Source of the DNA: an uncultured Pelagibacteraceae bacterium
GTDB taxonomy: Bacteria > Pseudomonadota > Alphaproteobacteria > Pelagibacterales > Pelagibacteraceae
Length of the DNA: 64,000 nucleotides
Assembly (NCBI GenBank): GCA_902540235.1
Contig: CACBLI010000008.1
Span: 13,135-77,134 of the forward strand
Reading direction: 5' to 3'
The notes below the pieces were generated by a model. It did no database searches. It saw only the letters and a program-made list of their open reading frames with translations, and had not been told where the DNA came from. The position numbers and the translations under genes were made by a program. This document shows, piece after piece, positions 21,726-28,586 of this stretch (within the stretch, counting starts at the first letter, position 1; each line of letters begins with the position of its first letter).

Positions 21726-22523
21726 ATGAAAAAAAAAATATTAGTTTCATATTTATTTACTAAATTTGATAATGAAGAATCTATAAATATTTTTAAAAAA
21801 AATTATTTAAAATTTAGTTCAGGCTATGATCATGATTTATTAATTTGTTTTAAAATGCTTGATGAAAAAAAAATTGAATATATTAAAAAAAATTTAGATG
21901 ATTTAAACTTCATTTCATTTGTAGATTACGTGCTTAAAAACGATTACGATTTTGGGAGTTATAAAAGAATAGCAGAAAAATATCCAGACAGAGATATCTT
22001 TTTCTTAAACAGTCACTCTTACCCAGTCTGTAATGACTGGTTAAATAAGTTAATGAAATTTAAAGACGAAATTACATTAATTGGAACTTCGGCTTCCAAT
22101 GAAAGTTTAATTGATAGTCTTGTTTTAAAAAAAAAATATAAAATACTCTCTTATTTTATAAAAAAATTTATTTATAGTAAATATTTTAACAAATTTCCCA
22201 ACCCACATATAAGAACTTCTAGTTTTTTAATTCATAGTCAAATTTTTTTAGATTTTATGGCAGATAAAAAAACTAATACTAAATTAGATGTATGGAAACT
22301 CGAAAGTGGAATAGGGAGTCTTACTAATTATTTTAAAGATAACAATTATAATGTATATGTTGTAAATTCTGATGGCAATAAATTTGAGCAAAAGGATTGG
22401 AAATTAAGTGAAACATATAATTATTATGAAAAATCAAAATTGATTATTTCCGATAAACACACAAGAAAATATGATGTATTGGACGAAAATGATAAATTAA
22501 TATCAAGAAGAAAGGTTTGGTGA
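21726..22523 (+). CDS. Hypothetical protein (possibly glycosyltransferase-like)
   Basis: 265-aa ORF tightly packed between a methyltransferase and a transporter. I recognise no diagnostic motif. Confidence 0.6.
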   Translation: MKKKILVSYLFTKFDNEESINIFKKNYLKFSSGYDHDLLICFKMLDEKKIEYIKKNLDDLNFISFVDYVLKNDYDFGSYKRIAEKYPDRDIFFLNSHSYPVCNDWLNKLMKFKDEITLIGTSASNESLIDSLVLKKKYKILSYFIKKFIYSKYFNKFPNPHIRTSSFLIHSQIFLDFMADKKTNTKLDVWKLESGIGSLTNYFKDNNYNVYVVNSDGNKFEQKDWKLSETYNYYEKSKLIISDKHTRKYDVLDENDKLISRRKVW

Positions 22524-22524
22524 T

Positions 22525-23421
22525 ATGGAAATTTATATCAAAATATTTGAGGTAATATTTCCAGTCTTTTTTGTAATTGGTATTGGTTATTATTTAGGTA
22601 AAAAAAACCCAAAATTTGATACCAATTTCATTACCAATTTCGCAGCTAACATAGGCACACCTGCCATGATTTTTTATACAGTTACTACTACAGGAATTAC
22701 TTTAGATATTTTCATAAGTTATTTTATTTATGCAATTATTATGATAGCTGGTTTTGCTATTATTGGTTTAGTACTACTTTTCTTACTTAGAAAAGATCTT
22801 TCTATGGAACTACCTCCGTTAATATTACCTAATACAGGTAATATGGGTATTCCTATCTGCCTTTTTGCATATGGTACTCAAGGTCTAGGTGTTGCATCTG
22901 CAGTGGCATCAGTAATTATTTTGTTTCATTTTACCCTAGGCGTATTTTTAGCAAAAAAAAAATTTTCATTAGATATATTGATAAAAAGTCCACCAGTTTA
23001 TGCTATAATTCTATCTGTTATTTTCTTATTTTTTAAAATTGATACTCCAATATTTTTAGAAAATACTACTTTTTTATTAACTTATGCTACAATTTTTTTA
23101 GTTTTAATGTCATTAGGCATAGCACTAACGCGATTTAAATTTTCATTTAAAAACTCAATAATAATGTCCATTTGTCGTGTCTTAATAGGACCTGTTATTG
23201 CTTATATCATCATATATAATTTTAAATTATCTGGATTAGCAGCTGGCGTATTACTGATACAAAGCGCTATGCCAAGTGCTATACTTAATTATTTAGTTGG
23301 AAGCATGTATTCACCAAAAAAAGTAGTTGATAGTATTGCCAGCACTATTGTAATATCAACTTTAATGTCTTTTGTAACAATTCCAATTGTTGTATTCTTT
23401 GCTTTAAAATACTTTAATTAA
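22525..23421 (+). CDS. AEC (auxin efflux carrier) family transporter
   Basis: 298 aa with about 10 TM segments. N- and C-terminal patterns are typical of the Mem_trans/AEC family (PVFFVIGIGY..., LIQSAMPSA). Confidence 0.7.
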   Translation: MEIYIKIFEVIFPVFFVIGIGYYLGKKNPKFDTNFITNFAANIGTPAMIFYTVTTTGITLDIFISYFIYAIIMIAGFAIIGLVLLFLLRKDLSMELPPLILPNTGNMGIPICLFAYGTQGLGVASAVASVIILFHFTLGVFLAKKKFSLDILIKSPPVYAIILSVIFLFFKIDTPIFLENTTFLLTYATIFLVLMSLGIALTRFKFSFKNSIIMSICRVLIGPVIAYIIIYNFKLSGLAAGVLLIQSAMPSAILNYLVGSMYSPKKVVDSIASTIVISTLMSFVTIPIVVFFALKYFN

Positions 23422-23439
23422 TATATATCCTTTAAGTTC

Positions 23440-24291
23440 ATGAAGGCCATAACTTTCAATCTTTTAGCATGGGTAATGCTTCCAATTATGGACGGATTTG
23501 CAAAATATTTGAGTACAGATCTTCCTGTTTTACAAATTACATGGGCAAGGTATTTTTTTACAGTTGCATTTACTCTTCCAATTATGTTTTTTTTTTTTAG
23601 AGCAAATCTTGTTTGGACAGATAAACCAAAATTACAAATTTTAAGAGGTCTAATTCTTTTAACAGCTAATATCTGTTTTTTTTATGCAATTTCAGTAATT
23701 TCTTTAGCAAAAGCATTAACTTTAGCTTTTGTTGCGCCTTTAATTGTTACAGCTTTTTCTCCAATTTTTTTAGGAGAAAAGGTTGGTTTTAGAAGATGGT
23801 CTGCAGTGATTATAGGTTTTATAGGTTCTTTGGTAGTTATAAGACCAGGTTTTGTTGAAATTAATTTAGCAAGTATAGCTGCACTCGGAACAGGAGTAAT
23901 GTATGGGTTTTATTTAATCATAACTCGGAAACTTAGTACTTCAGACAATCCTTTATTAACTTTATTGTTAACTGGCGTAGTAGGTGCCATAATTATATCC
24001 ATTGTTATGCCATTTGTGTGGGTTAAGCCTAACTTAAATCAGTGGTCTATGATGGCTGCGATAGGTATATTTGCGTGTATAGGCCATCTATTTTTAATAT
24101 TATCTCTTAAATATGCTGACGCCTCAAAATTGGCACCATTTAGCTACTTTGAGATCATTACAAATGTCATTATTGGCTATTATTTCTTTAATGATTTTCC
24201 TAATAATTGGACTTTCCTGGGTTTATTCATAATAATATTAAGTGGTATTTACATTTCAAGAAGAGAGAATTTAATTAGAAAAATTAAATAA
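23440..24291 (+). CDS. DMT superfamily (EamA-like) transporter
   Basis: 283 aa with 10 predicted TM segments and a duplicated EamA-like architecture. Confidence 0.7.
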   Translation: MKAITFNLLAWVMLPIMDGFAKYLSTDLPVLQITWARYFFTVAFTLPIMFFFFRANLVWTDKPKLQILRGLILLTANICFFYAISVISLAKALTLAFVAPLIVTAFSPIFLGEKVGFRRWSAVIIGFIGSLVVIRPGFVEINLASIAALGTGVMYGFYLIITRKLSTSDNPLLTLLLTGVVGAIIISIVMPFVWVKPNLNQWSMMAAIGIFACIGHLFLILSLKYADASKLAPFSYFEIITNVIIGYYFFNDFPNNWTFLGLFIIILSGIYISRRENLIRKIK

Positions 24292-24510
24292 TAGGTATTA
24301 TTTGTTTACTAATATCTAAAGTATTACATTAAGTATTATAATTAAAATGCTGTATTTATTAAATTTTATAAATTATATAATTTTATTTAATAATTAAAAA
24401 TATTGAGCTTAATATCATATGGAAGAGATGAGATTTTTAGCATATTATAAAAATACATCAAATAATCTGCTAAAATATGGGCTTTTACAAATCGTGGTTA
24501 TAAAAATTCC

Positions 24511-24650
24511 ATTAAAATAGGGTAGTGCAAAACCATTGATATAGTTGAATAGTAGAGCGATGCACTAATTGAATATACCATTTAAACGGCTTTAGAGGGG
24601 TCTAATTTAAGCATAGGCTCATATATGCTACAACTATAGGGTGAATTACG
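24511..24650 (-). repeat. Three-motif 3' module, copy A (downstream of the MGMT gene)
   Basis: Plus-strand motifs are ATTAAAATAGGGTA (24511-24524), ATAGTTGA (24541-24548) and GTGAATTACG (24641-24650). The same order and orientation occur in copy B at 25223-25284. Confidence 0.5.
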
Positions 24651-24733
24651 ATATTAATAGAAAAATTAGGTAAAAATGCAAAAAAACGTTGATTTTACTA
24701 ACTTTTTTAACATAAAAAAGCTTTAAAATACGG

Positions 24734-25009
24734 CTAAATCGCAACTTTTTCAGATTTAAGTAACTTGAGTTTTTGTTTGATTCCACCTCTTCCAGAGTAG
24801 CCTCCAACAGCTCCATCTGATCTAATCACTCTATGACAAGGTATTTTTGGAGCATATGGGTTTTTAGCACATGCATTAGCCACAGCACGAGCTGATTTAG
24901 GGTTTTTAATACCAATAGCCACCTGTTTGTAGGTTTTTACCCTACCTTTTGGTATGGTTTTAATAAACTTCCAGACTTTTAGTTGAAATTTAGTGCCCTT
25001 AAGTATCAT
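24734..25009 (-). CDS. ogt: Stand-alone methylated-DNA--protein-cysteine methyltransferase (MGMT/Ogt C-terminal domain only)
   Basis: GTKFQLKVW...YKQVA...ARAVANACAKNPYAPKIPCHRVIRSDGAVGGY carries the PCHRV active-site cysteine. I place the start at the ATG at 25009 (91 aa), because the track start at 25093 adds 28 residues that run through a terminator-like hairpin and a GC-rich block. The gene looks noticeably more GC-rich than its neighbours. Confidence 0.8.
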   Translation of the reverse strand: MILKGTKFQLKVWKFIKTIPKGRVKTYKQVAIGIKNPKSARAVANACAKNPYAPKIPCHRVIRSDGAVGGYSGRGGIKQKLKLLKSEKVAI

Positions 25010-25014
25010 TTTTG

Positions 25015-25059
25015 AAAAAAACCCCTGTTTCCTTGCACTTTTAAAGGTGCAAAGAACAG
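25015..25059 (-). terminator. Terminator-like hairpin plus U7, 5 nt upstream of the MGMT start codon (possible attenuator)
   Basis: The minus strand reads CUGUUCUUUGCAC-cuuuaaaa-GUGCAAGGAAACAG, about 13 bp with one bulge. GGG and UUUUUUU follow, then CAAAA-AUG. Confidence 0.45.
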
Positions 25060-25200
25060 TTGTTTTGGCACGTCGTTGATGCGCTACCGCCATGCCTCCC
25101 GCCCCACATGTTCAGCGATGCTTTGTGAAGCTTTCTGCCCCCTGGAATTGTACCTCTCGGCTTTTGTCCAATTGGCCAGTTAAGAGTTGCCTCTTAATTC
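25060..25200 (-). promoter_or_regulatory. GC-rich candidate structured RNA (5' leader/riboswitch-like element or sRNA)
   Basis: I counted 48 of 80 nt as G+C in 25081-25160, against a roughly 30% background. The minus strand starts with a 7-bp hairpin capped by a GNRA tetraloop (UUAAGAG-GCAA-CUCUUAA, 25180-25197). I found no convincing ORF in any frame. Confidence 0.4.
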
Positions 25201-25222
25201 ATAATTAACTTAACAAAGTTAA

Positions 25223-25284
25223 ATTAAATAGGGTATCACTAAATAGTTGATTTTCTAAATTCTGGTACTTTTGTGTGAATTACG
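25223..25284 (-). repeat. Three-motif 3' module, copy B (downstream of the 69-aa membrane-protein gene)
   Basis: Plus-strand motifs are ATTAAATAGGGTA (25223-25235), ATAGTTGA (25243-25250) and GTGAATTACG (25275-25284), co-linear with copy A. An imperfect palindrome ACTTAAC-AAA-GTTAAAT lies next to it at 25208-25224. Confidence 0.5.
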
Positions 25285-25295
25285 GTGATAACTCT

Positions 25296-25505
25296 CTATT
25301 TAGTAAGCAAAATCAGGTAACTGGCTAAAAATATAATTGCCATAATAGATAAAAATATTGTGTTGAAACTTTTACCAGTATTTCGATATTGAATAATACT
25401 CAAAAAAATAAAACCTATTGAGCTTATTAAAAACCAAATTGCAGGAATTTCTCCATCAATCGAACCCATAATTTTGTAATTTAAACTATTGACATTAAAA
25501 ATCAC
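25296..25505 (-). CDS. Small hypothetical membrane protein (2 TM)
   Basis: 69-aa ORF with two hydrophobic helices (IPAIWFLISSIGFIFLSII and IFLSIMAIIFLASYLILL). Divergent from the recombinase gene. No recognisable family. Confidence 0.5.
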   Translation of the reverse strand: MIFNVNSLNYKIMGSIDGEIPAIWFLISSIGFIFLSIIQYRNTGKSFNTIFLSIMAIIFLASYLILLTK

Positions 25506-25516
25506 CTAATATATAA

Positions 25517-25543
25517 TTTCCGATAATTAATGGTTATCGGAAA
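25517..25543. promoter_or_regulatory. Perfect 10-bp inverted repeat with 7-nt spacer (TTTCCGATAA-TTAATGG-TTATCGGAAA)
   Basis: Read directly from the sequence. It lies in the 43-nt divergent spacer between the small membrane-protein gene and the recombinase gene and ends 5 nt before the recombinase ATG. Confidence 0.7.
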
Positions 25544-25548
25544 GTTAT

Positions 25549-26463
25549 ATGAATGATTTAATTAAAGATGTAAAAAACTTAGAATTAGAAACTTTAAAAA
25601 ATTTAAAGAATTCAAAAGCTCATAACACCTTGCGAGCTTATCAGGCAGATTTTAAAGATTTTACAGAGTTTTGTACAAAAAATGGTTTTAATTCATTACC
25701 AACTGATTCAAAAATAATAGCATTATATCTTACACACTTAAGCGCATTTAGTAAATTTAGCACTTTAAAAAGAAGATTAGCCTCAATAAAAGTAATTCAC
25801 AGATTAAAAGGGCATTATATCGATACAAAACATCCAATTATTGCTGAAAATTTAATGGGAATAAAAAGAAAGATGGGAGTTAAACAAATATCTAAAAAAC
25901 CATTATTAATCAATGATTTAAAATTGATTATTAATCTAATAGATAAAGAAAAAAATGAGTATAAGAAACATCAAAATCGAGCTTTATTGTTAATTGGATT
26001 TGCAGGCGGCTTTCGAAGATCAGAATTAGTATCGATTGAATATGAAGATATTGATTTCGTGAATGAAGGAGTAAAAATCTTGATAAGAAGGTCAAAGACG
26101 GACCAAACTGGATTAGGAATGATAAAGGCAATCCCCTACTTCGAAAATAAAATCTATTGTCCCGTTATATCTTTAAAAGCATGGATAAAACATGCCAAAA
26201 TTTACAACGGTAAAATATTCAATATATCCGACAAAACGGTAGCTTTAACAATTCAAAAATATGCACTATTAGCTGGTTTGGATAAAACAAAATACGCAGG
26301 TCATAGCTTAAGATCTGGATTTGCAACATCAACAGCTGAAATTGGTGCAGATGAAAGAAGCATTATGGCAATGACAGGTCATAAAACAACTCAAATGGTA
26401 AGAAGATATATACAAGAGGCAAATTTATTTAAAAATAATGCTTTAAATAAAATTAAAATATGA
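25549..26463 (+). CDS. Tyrosine-type site-specific recombinase/integrase (Cre-like subfamily)
   Basis: 304 aa. N-terminal SAM-like core-binding domain (TLRAYQADFKDFTEFC, ALYLTHL...STLKRRLASI). Catalytic domain has Arg I (GGFRRSEL), IRRSKTDQ, HSLRSG (H-x-x-R) and the GHKTTQMVRRY tyrosine motif. Confidence 0.88.
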   Translation: MNDLIKDVKNLELETLKNLKNSKAHNTLRAYQADFKDFTEFCTKNGFNSLPTDSKIIALYLTHLSAFSKFSTLKRRLASIKVIHRLKGHYIDTKHPIIAENLMGIKRKMGVKQISKKPLLINDLKLIINLIDKEKNEYKKHQNRALLLIGFAGGFRRSELVSIEYEDIDFVNEGVKILIRRSKTDQTGLGMIKAIPYFENKIYCPVISLKAWIKHAKIYNGKIFNISDKTVALTIQKYALLAGLDKTKYAGHSLRSGFATSTAEIGADERSIMAMTGHKTTQMVRRYIQEANLFKNNALNKIKI

Positions 26464-27287
26464 ACGAAATAACAATTGTAATTATTACTTATAAAAGTGG
26501 AAATATAATATATGATTTTATTAAGAAAATTCCTTCAACTATAAAAACAATAATAATAGATAATTCACAAGATTATGAATTAAAAAAAAATATTGAAGAA
26601 AATTATAAGAATATATCAGTATATTTAAAAGAAAATAACGGTGTCAGCTCAGCATTAAATTATGCAGTAGAAAAAATTAAAACTAAATATTTTTTACAAA
26701 TAAGTCCCGATCTTGAATTTAATTTTGAAAATTTAAATATTTTTCTTGATTTTGCTAAGAAAAAAAAAAATAATTTTGCTGCTTTAGGACCAAGATTTTT
26801 AGATGTGAAACAAAAAAGTCACAAACAAATTAATGAGAACTTAAAATTGGGTAAAATTGACTCCATTCATGGATCTTGCATGTTTGTAGATAAAGATATT
26901 TTTCTTAAAATTGGAAAATTTGATGAAAATTTTTTTTTATATTTTGAAGAAACCGAATATTGCTATAGAGCAAAAAAAAAAGGTTATCTTTCATATCAAA
27001 TTAATGACATAAAAGTTACAACTAAAGGTAGATCTGTTGATTTAGAAAGTGAAAGTTTTTCTAATATTCTTATATGGCATTTCATTTGGTCAAAATTTTA
27101 TTTTCACAAAAAAAAATACGGAAAATTATTATCATTGATAATCTTTTTACCTTTATTAGTAAGAATATTATTTAGAATAATCTTATATACAATTACTAAA
27201 AACGAAATATCAACAACAAAGTACAAAACAAGGTTTGATGGTTTATTAAAATCAATTAAAGGTCAAAAATCAGATTTAAGGCCTTAA
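26460..27287 (+). CDS. Family 2 glycosyltransferase
   Basis: 275 aa with ITIVIITYKS, IIIDNS and SPDLEF acidic motifs of GT2. Its ATGA start overlaps the recombinase stop. Confidence 0.75.
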   Translation: MNEITIVIITYKSGNIIYDFIKKIPSTIKTIIIDNSQDYELKKNIEENYKNISVYLKENNGVSSALNYAVEKIKTKYFLQISPDLEFNFENLNIFLDFAKKKKNNFAALGPRFLDVKQKSHKQINENLKLGKIDSIHGSCMFVDKDIFLKIGKFDENFFLYFEETEYCYRAKKKGYLSYQINDIKVTTKGRSVDLESESFSNILIWHFIWSKFYFHKKKYGKLLSLIIFLPLLVRILFRIILYTITKNEISTTKYKTRFDGLLKSIKGQKSDLRP

Positions 27288-27292
27288 TTGGC

Positions 27293-28585
27293 TTAATTAT
27301 ATAATCTAATTAGGGTAGGAAATTTTAAGATATTTTTATTGCTTTTAAAAATAGAAAGACATTTTTTTGCATTTATTTCCTTAGTTTTATGAGTAATTAT
27401 AATAATTCTTGCTTTTTTATTCTTTTTATCAGGTGTTTGAATTATTCGGTCAACTGAAATTTTAAATTTTGCAAGTCTGTTTGTAATGTTTGATAAAACA
27501 CCCTGTTTATCTTTAACTTCAAATCGAATATAAAGAGAATTAGTATAATTATCTATATCAAATGGTTTGATAACTTTTCTTTTTTTTGATGATATTCCAA
27601 AAGGAAATTTGATATTTCCTCTTAATATTGACATCAAATCTGACAATAAAGAAGATGACGTGGGCCCAGGTCCAGCACCCTCCCCTTGTAAAACACTTTG
27701 TCCTACAGGTTTGCCCTCTGTAATAACTGCATTCATTACACCATTGACATTGCCTATATAGGTTTTTTTGCTTACGAGACACGGGTGTACTGTCTCAAAT
27801 AATTTTCCATCAATTATTTCAGATATACCAAGTAACTTAACTCTTAAACCTAATTGATTTGCAATTTTTATATCCTCTAGCTTAATATTCTCTATACCTT
27901 CCATGATACATTTGTTTTTAGAAATTTTTCCATTAAATGAAAGTGCGGATAATATTCTTATTTTAGCAAATGCATCAAATCCATTTAGATCAAGTTTTGG
28001 GTTACCTGGTTCTGCAAAACCTAATTTTTGTGCTTTCTGTAACACTTTATCAAATGTCTGATTTGAACTTTCCATTTCAGATAAAATATAATTTGTAGTG
28101 CCATTTAAAATACCGTAAACTTTATTAATTTTATTGGTTGATAAGCCCTCTTTAATAGTTCTTAAGATTGGAATACCTCCAGCTACTGAAGCCTCAAATT
28201 CTAAATTGACTTTGTTTTTCTCTGCTAATTTTGCAAGATTATCTCCATGTTTTGAAATTAATGCTTTATTAGGAGTAATTACATGAACTTTATTACTTAA
28301 TGCTCTTTCAACTAATTTTTTAGATATACCGTCTGAATACCCTATACACTCAAATAAAATATCAATTTTTTCTTTTTCAAAAATTTTTAGAGGATTTCTG
28401 TAAAAAATTTTCTTTGAAATAGAAAAACGTCTCTTTTTCTTCCTATTTTTAGCAGAAATAGCCACAATTTTAATTTTCTTCCCTGTTTTTTTTTCAATCT
28501 CATTTTTTTTAAGATTTAATTCGTTATAAAGATAAATTCCTATTTGACCTAAACCAACTATAGCAATATTAATATTTTTTTTCAT
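27293..28585 (-). CDS. hom: Homoserine dehydrogenase
   Basis: 430 aa with an N-terminal Rossmann motif (IAIVGLGQIG), a homoserine dehydrogenase catalytic core (GILNGTTNYIL, PKLDLNGFDAFAKI) and a C-terminal ACT domain. Confidence 0.92.
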   Translation of the reverse strand: MKKNINIAIVGLGQIGIYLYNELNLKKNEIEKKTGKKIKIVAISAKNRKKKRRFSISKKIFYRNPLKIFEKEKIDILFECIGYSDGISKKLVERALSNKVHVITPNKALISKHGDNLAKLAEKNKVNLEFEASVAGGIPILRTIKEGLSTNKINKVYGILNGTTNYILSEMESSNQTFDKVLQKAQKLGFAEPGNPKLDLNGFDAFAKIRILSALSFNGKISKNKCIMEGIENIKLEDIKIANQLGLRVKLLGISEIIDGKLFETVHPCLVSKKTYIGNVNGVMNAVITEGKPVGQSVLQGEGAGPGPTSSSLLSDLMSILRGNIKFPFGISSKKRKVIKPFDIDNYTNSLYIRFEVKDKQGVLSNITNRLAKFKISVDRIIQTPDKKNKKARIIIITHKTKEINAKKCLSIFKSNKNILKFPTLIRLYN

Positions 28586-28586
28586 T

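Noticed and set aside
22447-22456. Exact second copy of the half-site TTTCCGATAA, inside the hypothetical gene at 21726-22523.
   Set aside because: Only one arm is present, with no inverted partner at a 7-nt spacing. My rough composition-based estimate gives about a 0.3 chance of a random 10-mer hit in this window.
25010-25093. 28-codon N-terminal extension of the MGMT ORF (track start at 25093, MAVAHQRRAKTTVLCTFKSARKQGFFSK).
   Set aside because: The extension runs through the terminator-like hairpin and U7 tract and into the GC-rich block. The GGGAGG just upstream is only 1 nt from that ATG. The conserved MGMT domain begins right at the internal Met (25009). I keep it as an alternative, not the preferred model.
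25079-25189. Plus-strand 36-codon Cys-containing ORF (MRYRHASRPTCSAMLCEAFCPLELYLSAFVQLAS) inside the GC-rich block.
   Set aside because: GC-rich sequence in an AT-rich genome is naturally depleted in stop codons. There is no RBS or recognisable family, and it is antisense to the better-supported minus-strand features.
25081-25200. The GC-rich block as a tRNA, a tmRNA (including the two-piece alphaproteobacterial form), SRP/4.5S RNA or an RNase P fragment that could serve as an integrase att site. I also compared it with the riboswitch consensus features I remember: glycine, cobalamin B12 box, GEMM-I c-di-GMP, fluoride and ZTP.
   Set aside because: I could not find a T-loop (GGTTCGAAT-type), an acceptor/CCA arrangement, the SRP domain IV GGAA/AGCA motif or RNase P conserved regions on either strand, and it matched none of the riboswitch features. 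A covariance-model scan is still needed.
25208-25224. ACTTAAC-AAA-GTTAAAT fits the integron core-site consensus pair RYYYAAC / GTTRRRY.
   Set aside because: The two halves are only 3 nt apart rather than bracketing a 50-140-nt attC. Such AT-rich heptamers are frequent by chance. Copy A has no clear equivalent, and the recombinase does not look like IntI. I therefore do not claim a classical integron.
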